A stretch of 64,000 nucleotides of DNA from an uncultured Poribacteria bacterium (GCA_958296135.2 CATQHZ020000001.1:3424001-3488000), one strand, 5' to 3'; counted from the first letter of the stretch, positions 9,609-21,000 are shown. Translations and numbers: made by a program. Notes: generated by a model not told the origin, from the letters alone.

Positions 9609-10397
9609 TTACATCTTTTTCATCGACAACGTGAAATCCTGCGTGACGGTGCCGCCTGCCTCTACTGTAACAGTAGCCGGCGATTCGCTGTTCGTGCCAC
9701 ACGCTTCATGCCAATACCCAAGCTGATACGTGCCGGGAGGGACATCTTCCAGCGTGAATTTGCCCATCTCATCTGTCACGGCGAAATAGGGATGCGGCAC
9801 ATAGGCGAGCCATGCGGACATCCAACCGTGGATATCGCATTTCACCTGAACCGGCCCTTCCGCTTTCTTGACTCCGGCGAGCCGCAGCTTCTTCCGGTTC
9901 TTCGTCTGCTGTTTGTTCACCGGCTTGTTGACGCTGCTGAAGATATGCACGTTGTGATTGACCTTGTCGTTGTTCAGCATCGTCAGACGCACGCCGACAG
10001 GGACAATCTGGACGTGAGGGGTGAATTTACAGCCCTTCTGGTCGATCTCGGGTTTCACCGCTTTATCAAGCACTTTGCCTTGGGAAATGTCTACCAAGTA
10101 GACAATCGTATTTTTTAAAGCGTTGCCTTCACCAACGACAAGCGACTCATCGTGCTTCTCGGTCGCGGCGCAAACCGTCTCGTCTTTGGTGATTTCAAGG
10201 ATTTTCATTTCCGGCACGTCACCCTCAAACGTCACGGTGCCGCTAATCGTTCCGCCGTTGCTCACCGCCATCCCTTTATAGGATTCGGGGAACTGGAGCA
10301 TCTGCATCTCACCCGCCTCGTGATGGTCGGCGAAGATTGGAAGGACATAGCAACACGCCAGAAGCAGCGCGACGCATGCCAACATGTAGGTTTTCAT
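9609..10397 (-). CDS. Secreted cupredoxin-like / carboxypeptidase-regulatory-like domain protein
   Basis: Signal peptide; DQKGC, HNVH and CDIHGWM; VPPGTY...WHE tail; paralogue of 16645-17397. Confidence 0.8.
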   Translation of the reverse strand: MKTYMLACVALLLACCYVLPIFADHHEAGEMQMLQFPESYKGMAVSNGGTISGTVTFEGDVPEMKILEITKDETVCAATEKHDESLVVGEGNALKNTIVYLVDISQGKVLDKAVKPEIDQKGCKFTPHVQIVPVGVRLTMLNNDKVNHNVHIFSSVNKPVNKQQTKNRKKLRLAGVKKAEGPVQVKCDIHGWMSAWLAYVPHPYFAVTDEMGKFTLEDVPPGTYQLGYWHEACGTNSESPATVTVEAGGTVTQDFTLSMKKM

Positions 10398-10491
10398 TTT
10401 TTGTAGCCTCTCTTTAAAGTTATTGATAGGCGCGCGTTAGCAGCGCACCTTTCAGAATCGTTTGGGTAGATTCACATCCACCCGTTTTTAT

Positions 10492-12252
10492 TTATGAATT
10501 TCTCCGCCGCACGAACATTCGCAAACCGAACAACGCACCAACGGAGAGAAGTGCCACCAAAGGTGGATAGATAAACCGTCTGGAAGACGGGACAGGTTCT
10601 AGAACGAACGTATACCAACTAGAGATGACCCGGTTTGTGTCTACATCGCCATTCGCGCCATCCCACGCCGAGAAGGCGATAGGCACAAAAACACCCGGTT
10701 CAATCTGCAGGTCCTTCTTGTCGTCCGTTTTCAACGCACGTTTCACCCACAGATTGTATTGCCCATCCGTGTATGTCCCTTTCGCTTGGATGTTGCTTTG
10801 CACTGCCTGCACCTCAGCCTTATTAATGCCTTTGGCAGTCAGTTCCGTTACCTGCTCAGGCGCGGAAGCCTTCCAATGCCAGAGATAGACTGGAAGCCTT
10901 CCGCCCCAGAGGAAATACGGTTTCGGCGCAGTCGGGCCTTGAGGCACCTTGACTGGAAATTGGATGGCCAATGCATCCTCAAGGACTTTTTTGCCTGTTT
11001 CTTCGTCCTCTAACGCCGTGGTGTGCGTCCTGTCATCCCACGTGAAGAGGAACGCCACCTCGTTATCGTTATAAAACGATTTGACGTTAATCGAGTCAAG
11101 CGTCGGGTTGAACTGCCGCGGTTCAACGATAATCTGTCCGACGACCGGAAAGTAACTCGCTTTCAGCGTTTCCCATGCCGCATCGCCTAGCGCGGGCAAT
11201 TCGCCGCCGACATACTGCGCCCTCAGCACATTATTGCCAATCGCCGGTTCCGGACGCTTTTCAGGTGAGAGGGACTTGACGTAGTTCGCCAGATGCCAAC
11301 TCTTCTCATACACCACCCTCATCGCATTATCGAAGGTTTGCCGGTCTTCAGTGTTCAGGGTTTCGCCTTCAGTAATACTGAGTGCAATGTCAACGGCGGC
11401 ATCCATTTTTTCGTAAAATTTCCCGGATTCCTCTTCCTCCGCCTCTGTCATTTCGTCTTTGCTTTCCAATTCGGTAAGACGTTTGGATTCCTCGGATGCC
11501 AACCCGAAATGCAGGAAACTGTCGCCTTCAAACGCAGGCATCGGTGAACCTGCAATGCCACCGATAAACCGCTTGAAGATGTCTTCAGTATCGCCGCCGC
11601 CCCTGAAATTCCAACCTTGCGCGAGATTCGCGGGCCAGGTCCGGAAACCCCACTCGTCGGTGAGGGTTGGCGCGGAGGTGCCGTCGCCGCGGCCGACATT
11701 GCCGTGACATTCAACGCAGCCGAGTTCCGTATAGAGAGCCTTGCCCGTCTCAACGCTCTGTTCAGAATATGCAATTTTACCGGAGAGGTCGATTTGCCGC
11801 GGGGCCTCGTTCTCTTTGAATCCCTCGTGAAAGGTTTTGATGTAGGCCACAACCTCCCACCGTTCGTTAGCACTCAGGGCAGTCTCCCAGCCCGGCATTG
11901 AGGAGCCGGGCATCCCCTCCGTGAGAATGTCAAATAAATCCTGGTCTGTCGGGAGTTGTCCCGCTTCCGTTGAGCGGATTTTATACAAACCGCGCGTGAA
12001 ATCACGCGGTCTCGGGAGCAGATTTTCCGCAGCCGAGCCATCACCGCGGCCCTCAATGCCGTGGCAGTGCGCACAGCTCTTCTCGTAAACCCGCTTGCCT
12101 TCTTCGGAAGCCTCCGGTGCTTTCTGCGCGCGCGCTACCGAAAGCATCGATGCCAGCAACGCGCAACATCCGAGAAGCATCGCCCAGGCGGCGCGCCCGC
12201 CCGGGCGCGACTGCCCAGTCAGGAAAGTGATTTTTTTGTATCGGCGTGTCAT
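10492..12252 (-). CDS. Diheme cytochrome c fused to an EbdC/DOMON-like heme-binding domain, C-terminal TM anchor
   Basis: CAHCH and CVECH; FTWDD, DALAIQFP, AFSAWDG typical of the ethylbenzene-dehydrogenase gamma-like domain. Confidence 0.82.
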   Translation of the reverse strand: MTRRYKKITFLTGQSRPGGRAAWAMLLGCCALLASMLSVARAQKAPEASEEGKRVYEKSCAHCHGIEGRGDGSAAENLLPRPRDFTRGLYKIRSTEAGQLPTDQDLFDILTEGMPGSSMPGWETALSANERWEVVAYIKTFHEGFKENEAPRQIDLSGKIAYSEQSVETGKALYTELGCVECHGNVGRGDGTSAPTLTDEWGFRTWPANLAQGWNFRGGGDTEDIFKRFIGGIAGSPMPAFEGDSFLHFGLASEESKRLTELESKDEMTEAEEEESGKFYEKMDAAVDIALSITEGETLNTEDRQTFDNAMRVVYEKSWHLANYVKSLSPEKRPEPAIGNNVLRAQYVGGELPALGDAAWETLKASYFPVVGQIIVEPRQFNPTLDSINVKSFYNDNEVAFLFTWDDRTHTTALEDEETGKKVLEDALAIQFPVKVPQGPTAPKPYFLWGGRLPVYLWHWKASAPEQVTELTAKGINKAEVQAVQSNIQAKGTYTDGQYNLWVKRALKTDDKKDLQIEPGVFVPIAFSAWDGANGDVDTNRVISSWYTFVLEPVPSSRRFIYPPLVALLSVGALFGLRMFVRRRNS

Positions 12253-12254
12253 TC

Positions 12255-13031
12255 TTAGTGCCCCTCCCCAAACGTTCGCGGCTGATAGCCGGTATAGTCA
12301 GAAAGGAACAGGATTACGTCCCAAATCTCGTCTTTTGTGAGCATGTTTTCCCAAATCGGCATTGCCGAATCCCACGGCGTGCCAGCCGCCGGTAACCCCG
12401 GGCCGCCCTTGCTAATCCGCCAAAAGAGGAAAGACTCTTGGAAGTTGGGGATGATGCCCGGGTCTTGGAAATTCGCCGGGAGCGGTTGCAGGGGCGATGC
12501 GAAATGCCCCTGTCCATCCAGATCATCGCCGTGGCAGTAGAAGCAGTTCTGATAGTAAACACGTCTGCCGTTCTCTACATGCGCCTTGAACGCCTCGGGC
12601 TCGTCTTTTTCGTAGTGCCGGAAGGGGTTCTCCACCTCCTGCATCTTCCCGATAACCTCATCTTTGTAGGTGAGCTCAAGCGGCGGCGATGGGTGCGCGT
12701 CGCGCGGATTTCCCGGCGGATTCGCCCGTTGCGCGAAAATCGAATAGGTATACGCCAGCAAAACCAGCGGCACCAACACGGCGACAACACGGCGGCGGAC
12801 GCGCCGGTTATCGTCAACGAGCGTTTCGCGAAGAGGACGGAGGAACTCCCGAAATCGTGAATCCTCAACGGAGATATGCACCAAGATGGCGATAAGAATC
12901 AGCCCCATATACATCGCAACCACGCTACCCGGTATCGGCACCGAGATGACGCTACCGACGATGAACCGCAGGAACACCCAGCAGCCAACGAAGATGATGA
13001 GACATGTTGTGAATAGTGAAAGCCTCTTCAT
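12255..13031 (-). CDS. Membrane-anchored monoheme cytochrome c
   Basis: Three N-terminal TM helices, CFYCH, SAMP distal Met. Confidence 0.88.
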   Translation of the reverse strand: MKRLSLFTTCLIIFVGCWVFLRFIVGSVISVPIPGSVVAMYMGLILIAILVHISVEDSRFREFLRPLRETLVDDNRRVRRRVVAVLVPLVLLAYTYSIFAQRANPPGNPRDAHPSPPLELTYKDEVIGKMQEVENPFRHYEKDEPEAFKAHVENGRRVYYQNCFYCHGDDLDGQGHFASPLQPLPANFQDPGIIPNFQESFLFWRISKGGPGLPAAGTPWDSAMPIWENMLTKDEIWDVILFLSDYTGYQPRTFGEGH

Positions 13032-13042
13032 GGTTTACCTCC

Positions 13043-14554
13043 TTATTCCGCAGAAGTTTCTGTTGCATCCGCGGGGGTTGCTTCCGCCGTCGCTGCTGCC
13101 CCAGTCAACGTGCTTAAGAACGCCAGCAAATTGCTCAGATCCGATACTGATAACAGCAACGGGAAATTTTCAGGCATCGGCGACGTAACAAGCAACTTCT
13201 TGCCAAACGCGCGCGTGAAGACAGAATCCTCAATGTCAAACGTATCGATTACCTCCTCACTACCATCCACGTTCAAAACGAGCTCGTCATCGTCTAGCGT
13301 CCCCGATACTACAGAACCGACAATCTCATCGCCGTCAAAATTAACAATCGTCAGCAGGGTTTTTACATCGGTTTTAGAAAGCGTTTGAGTCCCATCGCCC
13401 ACCTTGAGCGTGACGCTATCCTCGGTCTCCTCAACAATTTCGCCGCTCACCGATGCATCCGCATCCGCAGGCGTTAGCGTTAAAGTAAAATAGCCGTTCG
13501 CTTTCAGATTGGCGAGCTCTTCAATCGGTTCCTCATCCAATTCTGTCAATAGAATGGTGTGCTCTTCCTCTTCCCCGCTGGCCTTTTTGGTGCGGACGAC
13601 AATCTGCTCTGTATCCTGCGAGACAAGCGTTCCCTGAAAAGTCGCACCGTTCGCTTTGACGGTCACCGCGCCGTAGCCGCTTACAATTTGCGCACCCGGC
13701 TTCAGGATCGACTCCTCAAGATACCGCATATCGTTAAAGGCAGCAATTTCGGATAAATCCGGCGCTGTGACGACTTCAAAGTCTTGACTCCCCTCGCCGG
13801 CAGCAGGACTTTCAATCCCTTTGACCGCGTGACACGAGATACACGCCGCTGACACGAAAACCTTCTTCCCAAGCGCAGGATCGCCGGTAAGCAGCGGCGG
13901 TAGTGCAGCCGCTACTGTCCCCGGATCTGCCCTATCAATCGGCTCATCATACGGTGTGGGATCGATTTCACCACCTTGGCTCTGCAAATAGGCGATAACC
14001 GCCTCAATTTCTAATTTCGACAGAGCAATCGGTGCCTTCCATATCTCCGGCATAATCTTGCCGTAGCCAGGCACCAGATAGTTCGCCGGTTCATACAAGG
14101 ATTCAATCAGATACGTTTTCGCATCCAGACCGGGCTGGCGGTTCGCCGCGTTCGCGCCGATATCTGTCAAATCGGGACATCGACCCTTCGGTGCCGAGGG
14201 GTCGACGGTGTGACACGCGCTACACTGGCCCTTTCCATTAAAAATGGCTGCGCCCTGCTCAGCTACACTCTCCGGATCGCTCCAGTCAAGCGATGTCAAA
14301 TTAATCGCCGTCGACGATTCCGGCACGAGCCCCGCGACAAACGCGTAGAACCAGATCACGGCGAGTGAGAACGTCAGCAGTTTCATGACACTGCTCCACA
14401 CGATGATGTTCACCACTACCGAGATGATGAACCAGACCGACCAGGGGAGCAGGTTCTCTGAGGCGATCGGAAATGCGGATACCCCAGCGATATAGGCGAT
14501 GAAACTCACCACCATTAAGATTAAACTCGCAACTTTTACCACCGTCTTGGACAT
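13043..14554 (-). CDS. Membrane-anchored diheme cytochrome c with acidic inserted domain
   Basis: N-terminal TM helices, CSACH and CISCH, YLIESL/YLEESI repeats; start overlaps the upstream stop (TAATG). Confidence 0.85.
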   Translation of the reverse strand: MSKTVVKVASLILMVVSFIAYIAGVSAFPIASENLLPWSVWFIISVVVNIIVWSSVMKLLTFSLAVIWFYAFVAGLVPESSTAINLTSLDWSDPESVAEQGAAIFNGKGQCSACHTVDPSAPKGRCPDLTDIGANAANRQPGLDAKTYLIESLYEPANYLVPGYGKIMPEIWKAPIALSKLEIEAVIAYLQSQGGEIDPTPYDEPIDRADPGTVAAALPPLLTGDPALGKKVFVSAACISCHAVKGIESPAAGEGSQDFEVVTAPDLSEIAAFNDMRYLEESILKPGAQIVSGYGAVTVKANGATFQGTLVSQDTEQIVVRTKKASGEEEEHTILLTELDEEPIEELANLKANGYFTLTLTPADADASVSGEIVEETEDSVTLKVGDGTQTLSKTDVKTLLTIVNFDGDEIVGSVVSGTLDDDELVLNVDGSEEVIDTFDIEDSVFTRAFGKKLLVTSPMPENFPLLLSVSDLSNLLAFLSTLTGAAATAEATPADATETSAE

Positions 14555-16479
14555 TAATCAGCTTCCTCCATTTCTGTGGGCACCGCCTGCTGCTTCTTCT
14601 TTTCGCCCCATAAGCCGAGCCAGAAAATGAACCCGACGAGCGCGAAGAAGATTACCATGATGATAGCAACAATGTTCACTGCCTCACTGAGAAGCGGCGT
14701 GAATGCGTCCGGCGATGTATCCTGCATGACACCGAAGATGTGCCACGCCTCGCGAAGTCCGGAGCGCGCATAGCCCATCAAACCCATCAGCGACGTAAAG
14801 GTGATTGCCAAGAGAATGAGGACATACTGCGACCGGTCGGTCATTTCACCCCACTTGATAGTGCCAGACATCGTCGCCTTCCGATACATGAAAATGTCGA
14901 TTATCGTCACGGCTACCATCACGACGAGCGCAATCAGCACCTGATAAGGTGTTAGCACGTTCACGCGCAAGTCTGTCGGCACGGTAAACCCAACGATACC
15001 GATAACGACGATAGAGACAGCCGAGAAGAAGAAAATGGAAGATATCGCGATGTTACCCACCTTTTTCCAACTCGCTGTCGGTGACTTACCCGAACGCCTA
15101 TAAAAGAGGAAACTCAAGAATGTCGTCAGGATGATGATGTTCACCGCCGTATTTTTCGCTGTCATCAAGCCAAACAGCCCAAGGTGGGGGTGATTTGCGC
15201 CGCCCATCGCGCTCAACTCACTGGAGGTAGAAATTTTGGATAGCGTGCGCGGTGTCATCCAGATGGCCACACAGATAACGATAATGGCAATCATGTAAGG
15301 CCGATAACGTGCGTATATCTGCGCGCCATCGATGCGGCCCATCCCAGACCAGAGGTAGTAATTCGCGCCGATGAACAGCACACCAATCATCACCGCCTGA
15401 ATGATAAACAGCCATGAGAAGAGACTGCCCATCATGTTGATGCCCATCGTGTTGTTGAACATGTAAATTTCGCGGCCTAGCCAATAACCCGCGAAGGGCA
15501 GCGGAATGAGTCCGCACAGCGCGATGAAGTTCCCAGTGTAACCCATCCAATCGTAGTGTGCCCTGTCCTCCTTGGTTTTCGCGACGAGGAAGCGGAACGC
15601 AGCGTAAGCCGCCACAATGGAACCGCCGAAGGCGATATTGCCGATGAGACGGTGAATGTTGACCGGCATCCACGTGAAGTTATTGACGGCTTCCCAGACG
15701 GTGGCCAAAAATTCGCCGGTAGTCTCATTATGGAGCGGAATCACGGTTGCATCCGTTATTCCCTCCATTGCCTCGGTTTGCGTCATGCCTGGGTTCTGTG
15801 CCAGTTTGCTTTCCAGCCACGATTGCCGCGTCGTGTCAGACAATTTGCCGTATTGTGTACCCGGGCTCGTCTGATAGGTGAGCCACGAGTTTGAGACGAA
15901 CATAATCGCCGTGCCGAACACGTTCAGCAGGACACCGAGGAACAGATGCCAGCCTTTATGCCGCCCCTGCATTTTGTCCCATCCGTAGGAGTAGAGGTAA
16001 AGTGTAAACGTCTCGCCGAAAAATAGGACGACGTAAAAAATCATCGTCGGCCCGAATATGCCGCTCAGTTTGCTCATCACCTTCGGATAGCACCATATCA
16101 AGATGAAGACAAGCACGCCGCCGAGCAGTGCTGTCGTTGAAAACGCGCCCATACAGAGTTTGATGAACTCTTGCGCCATCCGGTCATAGCGTGCGTCCTT
16201 TGTCTTCCATCCGATGAACTCAATGATAACGGCGAACATCGGAACGCCGAGGATGAAGGAGCCGAACAATAGGTGGAGCTGTGCGGCAATCCACGCGGCG
16301 TTCCGACTGCCAATCTTCGGGAAGGGACGATATTCCGCCTCGCTCATATCCTGCGCAACTGCTGGCGCGAGCGTCTGAAGCAGGATTAACAGGATTAACG
16401 GGACTAGCAGGAGCAGCGGCTTTTTAAAACGGCACGCTACTCCGCGGATATCCAACCGTGTTTGCTGATGCTGTCTCAA
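14554..16479 (-). CDS. Cytochrome bd-like oxidase subunit (CydA-related, Nitrospira-type)
   Basis: QLHLLFG, FFGETF, NIHRLIG and GYARSGLREAW echo CydA motifs; many TM helices; start reassigned to TTG at 16479 behind AAGGAG because the ORF-track extension is REP DNA. Confidence 0.8.
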   Translation of the reverse strand: MRQHQQTRLDIRGVACRFKKPLLLLVPLILLILLQTLAPAVAQDMSEAEYRPFPKIGSRNAAWIAAQLHLLFGSFILGVPMFAVIIEFIGWKTKDARYDRMAQEFIKLCMGAFSTTALLGGVLVFILIWCYPKVMSKLSGIFGPTMIFYVVLFFGETFTLYLYSYGWDKMQGRHKGWHLFLGVLLNVFGTAIMFVSNSWLTYQTSPGTQYGKLSDTTRQSWLESKLAQNPGMTQTEAMEGITDATVIPLHNETTGEFLATVWEAVNNFTWMPVNIHRLIGNIAFGGSIVAAYAAFRFLVAKTKEDRAHYDWMGYTGNFIALCGLIPLPFAGYWLGREIYMFNNTMGINMMGSLFSWLFIIQAVMIGVLFIGANYYLWSGMGRIDGAQIYARYRPYMIAIIVICVAIWMTPRTLSKISTSSELSAMGGANHPHLGLFGLMTAKNTAVNIIILTTFLSFLFYRRSGKSPTASWKKVGNIAISSIFFFSAVSIVVIGIVGFTVPTDLRVNVLTPYQVLIALVVMVAVTIIDIFMYRKATMSGTIKWGEMTDRSQYVLILLAITFTSLMGLMGYARSGLREAWHIFGVMQDTSPDAFTPLLSEAVNIVAIIMVIFFALVGFIFWLGLWGEKKKQQAVPTEMEEAD

Positions 16480-16644
16480 CGTGTTCTCCTTCAACCAAAT
16501 GAACCTTCGTCTTAACCGTAGGGCGAGGGCCCAGCGAGTGCGAATCGCCGAGGGTTCCCCTCGCCAGGCGAAAAAACGCCTACGGCCGATGGACGAGGGA
16601 ATGCGTGTCCCTCGCCATGCCACGTCGTATCGTAGACGACAACA

Positions 16645-17397
16645 CTATTTTTTCGCGCGCTTTTTAAAATCAGCACTCGTAAAGTTTACATTCATATCGC
16701 CGCTCGCTGGCACCTCAACGGTTTTGTTCGCCGAACCGAGCTCTTCGTGCCACGCAATCACCCGCACTTTACCGGCCGGCACATCGGCGATGGTGTAGCT
16801 GCCTTTATCCGACGATGCCTCATACGCGTCGGCACTCAGCCATGCACCTTTGTCGTCCTTATCACCGGTTACAGCAAAAAAGTTGCTGTCAACCGCGACG
16901 ATGTAGCCAGTCATCCACGCGTGGATATCACACGTGAATTTGATCTGTTCCGCCTTCCCAATTTTGTGGGGGATGACTTTTCCGGGCTGCGGAATCTGAT
17001 AGTTTATTGCGTCGTTCTTTTTCGCATGGGAATGGACGTTGTGTGCAACCGGGTCGCTGGAGGTAATATCCACGGTAGAACCGGCAACAATTGCAAGCAC
17101 ATGCGGGTAATAACGGCAGCCCTTCTGGTCCATCACAGGGTTTTTCTCTGGAACGGTGGCTTTGGCTCCGCGCACGCGCGCGTAAATCACAACGTTCTTG
17201 ATACCCTTGCCTTTTGAGACAACGAGTGCCTCCGATTTCGTGCCTTTGACAGCGTCAATGCAGTGCCGGTCTTTCGTGGCCTCCAGCATCGGCCGCGCCG
17301 GCGCATCGCCATCATACATAACGGTACCGGTGATGTTGCCAGCAAACGCGGTGCTGGCAATTATGCAAAAGGCAAGCAGTGCCATTAGGATTTTCAT
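16645..17397 (-). CDS. Secreted cupredoxin-like / carboxypeptidase-regulatory-like domain protein
   Basis: Signal peptide MKILMALL, DQKGC, HNVH, CDIHAWM, WHE; GAGGAG RBS before ATG 17397. Confidence 0.8.
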   Translation of the reverse strand: MKILMALLAFCIIASTAFAGNITGTVMYDGDAPARPMLEATKDRHCIDAVKGTKSEALVVSKGKGIKNVVIYARVRGAKATVPEKNPVMDQKGCRYYPHVLAIVAGSTVDITSSDPVAHNVHSHAKKNDAINYQIPQPGKVIPHKIGKAEQIKFTCDIHAWMTGYIVAVDSNFFAVTGDKDDKGAWLSADAYEASSDKGSYTIADVPAGKVRVIAWHEELGSANKTVEVPASGDMNVNFTSADFKKRAKK

Positions 17398-17417
17398 GAT
17401 TTTTTCTCCTCTCGTCA

Positions 17418-17461
17418 TTGAATTATGATTGAGTTATGATTAAGTTATGATTGAGTTATGT
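17418..17461. repeat. Four tandem 11-bp repeats TT(G/A)A(G/A)TTATGA
   Basis: ttgaattatga ttgagttatga ttaagttatga ttgagttatgt. Confidence 0.85.
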
Positions 17462-17623
17462 GTGTCAATTGTAGGACTCACGCAAATCCGCCATTTCGGG
17501 TAGGCGCGCTTTGGCAGCGCGCAGTCACCCTAAAGAGCGCGGTTGAAAACCGAGCCTACCGGGGGCGTTCTGCGTAAGTCCTGAATCGTTAAGCGGGTGT
17601 CGTTAATCCACCTGCACATCAAT

Positions 17624-17652
17624 ATATTAACACGCCAGCGGCGAAAAATCAA
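17624..17652 (-). promoter_or_regulatory. Putative internal sigma70 promoter for the bd-like module
   Basis: TTGATT-N17-TAATAT on the minus strand. Confidence 0.45.
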
Positions 17653-17703
17653 GGAATTTAACACCACAGTCGCGAAAAAGCGTCTGTCCTCAGAAAATCG
17701 GAT

Positions 17704-18060
17704 TTATGGGCGAAACGTATCCTTAATATAGGCGAGAATCGCCCGTTGCTCCTCATCATTAAGGTAATAGTGGAACGCCGGCATATCGTTTTTCCCAGCG
17801 TTGATGCTGCCAAGCAACTGTTCGTCGTTGTGCATCTGCCACAAGGTATCGTCTGTCAGATCGGCAGGGTCCAGCCGTTTGAAGCGGCCGATTCTGCCGT
17901 TGCCTTCGCCGTTGTTTCCGTGACAACCGGCACAGTAGCGCGCGTATTTGTATTCCACCTGCGATAGATACCTCACGCTCGGGTCTATCCGTTTGCCCAA
18001 CCAGATGAGTCCATTGAGCCAGACGATAATCATGACGATAACAACGGCAAGGTGCTTCAT
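17704..18060 (-). CDS. Small monoheme cytochrome c
   Basis: N-terminal TM helix, CAGCH, DMPAF. Confidence 0.88.
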   Translation of the reverse strand: MKHLAVVIVMIIVWLNGLIWLGKRIDPSVRYLSQVEYKYARYCAGCHGNNGEGNGRIGRFKRLDPADLTDDTLWQMHNDEQLLGSINAGKNDMPAFHYYLNDEEQRAILAYIKDTFRP

Positions 18061-18075
18061 GATTCAAACGCCAGT

Positions 18076-21000
18076 TTAGCGTCCCAACGAAATCAGATAA
18101 TCCCGAACGAGTCGAATCTGTTTTTCAGCGTCATCCCCGGCGTATCCGTCCACCGGTATATGTTGCCCTCCGACGAGGGGCCACGCCTGCGGCATCGCCG
18201 TGCCAGGCTGGAAGGACTGCGGGGCCTTCAGCCACTCGATGAGCCAATCCGTTTTGAGCCGCTCTTTCGCCAAAGAGAGGTCTGGCCGTCCCGCTTTGTC
18301 ACTGCCTTCCGGGATTCTTTCGCCTTGTGAAGGGTGACAGGAAATACATTGCAGCACGTCAAAGAGCTGCTTGCCGACGCGCAATTCGGCGCGCGTTACG
18401 GTTAGCGGCTCAAGCGTCTCATACGGGAACGGTTCATCGTCCAGGACAGAGAAGTATTTAACCAGTGTCGCCGCCTCATCATCGGACAGCCCGAACGTCG
18501 GCATCCGCACCTTAAGTCCATAACGAATATCGGTGGGGTGCTTGAGGAATTCAAACAACCACGCCGGATAAACCTTCGCGCCTTCAGCTTGCAACGTCGG
18601 CGGTGCGAACTGCTTCGCATTGATGGCATCTAACCCTTCGTGCGCGATGACGACATCAATATAACTGCCGCCCTCACCTTCGATCTCGTGGCATCCCGTG
18701 CAGTTATATTTCTTCGCCAACCGCCGGCCCGCATCGATCTGGTTTAACTTATCAGTCCGATTATGGATATAACTTAGAGGATACTGTTGCGATTGGAAAC
18801 TCTTCAGTAGCACAGCGAGTGCCTTTGCATCCTCGTCGTCTAACTGAAAAACCGGCATGCGGGAAGCAATCCGGCGTGTCTGGTAACGGCGCGGGTCTGT
18901 GACTTTGCCGAGCGTCCATCCTGTCCAACTATGTTCAACGTCAACGGTATCGCCGAAGTCAAATTCTTCTACTGTCTTGCCGCCGAATTCGCCTAGGTCT
19001 GCGCCGACTTTTGACTCGTTCTCAAACCCCGGAATGGCGTGGCACCCGAAGCATCCGTAGCTCCTGACGAGTGCTTCGCCTTCGGCTACGTCTACTTCAC
19101 CGACTGACTCCGAAACGGCAGAAGGCGTTGCTTCTTGCAGGTTCATCAAGTAGGCGACGACGTTGTCTAATTCGGTCTCGCTCAAGCGCAAACTCGGCAT
19201 AGACGTATCGGCATCGTAAGCTCTCGGGTCGCGAATCCACTGCCGGAGGTAGTTGGCCGTAACCTTTGTGCCGACGCTATCTAGCGCGGGTGCGAAATCG
19301 CTACCGAGCTCACCGACAGCATGACAGGTGAGACAGCCTACCGTTTTGACTGTTTCTTCACCCGCTGCAATTGCGCGTTGGGACTCGCTCACAGCGGAGG
19401 CTGATGCGTCAAGTGTGTCATCCCGCATTTGTGCGAGGTAGGCGGCGATGGATTTCACCTCGTCAACGATGCGGAGGACATAGTCGTTGGAGTAAGGATA
19501 CTCCGTGCCATCGTCTGTCTTCACAACAATGCCGTTGGCAGTTTTGGTGACAACCCCCGTGCGTTTGCCCCCATTCTTAAGGTAAACGACTTGGCTCATG
19601 CCATCAGCAGGGAAAAAGTTGGGCATCGTGGCGTTCGGAAGATACGCCTCCGGCTTCTTAATCCAATTTTCAAGCCACGCGGTATCTTGCACCTTACTTC
19701 CCACTTTGGCAAGCGAGGGGCCGACTTTGTCAATGTTCTCAAGCGCGCTATACCCCTCTACGGCGTGGCAGCCGTGACATCCCAGGTCTTCAAAGAGAGC
19801 CAAACCTTTCGTGAGATTCGGCGCGTAGTCCTGCCGTTCGCCTGTCTGCGGATTCGTGTCATCTAACATCATCACGCCGTCGTGGCAGCGGCGGCAGTTA
19901 GACTCCATGTAGCCCTTGGTTTCTTCGGAAGTTCTCCCGGTGTGTTCGTCCATTCCGAGAACAGGAGTGAGCCAGTATTCGGAGTGCGTCAAGGCGTGCG
20001 CCGCTTTCGCCGTGAGGGCCTGTCCCTGTCCCCCATGGCACGGCGTGCATCCGAATCGGTCAACCGGATGCTTCGCGAGGAGAACATCGCGATGCGGATG
20101 TGTCTGAAGCACCGAACGATAGCCGGTCTCGTAGGCAATCTCAACTTCGCCAAAAATATCCACATCGTTGAAGGTGATGATGCCGTTTGGTGCTAACGTG
20201 TACTCATCCGGTTCCGCGTCAAACCCATCAATGATAACACTTTCACTGCCAACCTTGACGTTCGCGTGCTTGAGTTGATAGGTTACCTTGTTTTCGCCAT
20301 CGCCTTCTACTTCAAACGTTTCTTGCGCGGACTTATCGTAGCCGGTTCTGTCTGCGGAGAAGTGGCAGGTTGCGCACCGGTCGGCGGTGTGATCGAACTC
20401 CTCAAGATAGTATTGCGTGATGGTTCGAGTTTCGTGGAACGGGTTTTCCAACAGGCTGCCGAGGAAGGTTCGCTTGATGCCGCTCAGTGAATCTAATTTT
20501 TCCTGAACACGAGCAACATTTTCCTGCTGCGCCTTGGCGGCTTTCAGCGTATCCAATTCCGCCTGCACCGCGACGATTCCCTCAGCGACTTCCGTATTGG
20601 CTGGGCTATATTTCTGAGCAATCAGGTAGGTGCTGAGCGCGGTTTCCCAATCCCCGTGAGTCTGATAGAACTGTGCCAACGCCTTGTTTGCATCGGCGAA
20701 GTTCGCTTCTGCAGCCAAGACTGCCTCGGTAAGTTCTCCTTCAATTCGGGATTCCATCTCCGCCAATTTCGTCTGCCATTTCTGCACGGTTGCGTCGCGT
20801 TCGCCTGCGCCGTGTGCTTTTGCCTCGTGGAGGCTATGCTGATATTTGTAGTTCACCGCGTCGGATTTGCTCTGCTCAAACTTCCGTTCCTGCAGTGCTT
20901 CGTCTAGCGCGACTTGCGCGCTCACCACCTCATTTTTTAAGCTGCGCAGCCGGCTCGGGTCAGCCGCTTGGCGCGGCGGAAGTTCCGACAGTGCCAATGT

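Noticed and set aside
10492-12252. Calling this nxrC and inferring nitrite oxidation
   Set aside because: No molybdopterin alpha or Fe-S beta subunit is in the window; the domain alone does not establish the metabolism
16480-16623. N-terminal extension of the bd-like ORF given in the track
   Set aside because: The region is REP-like palindromic DNA; a better RBS and TTG start lie at 16479
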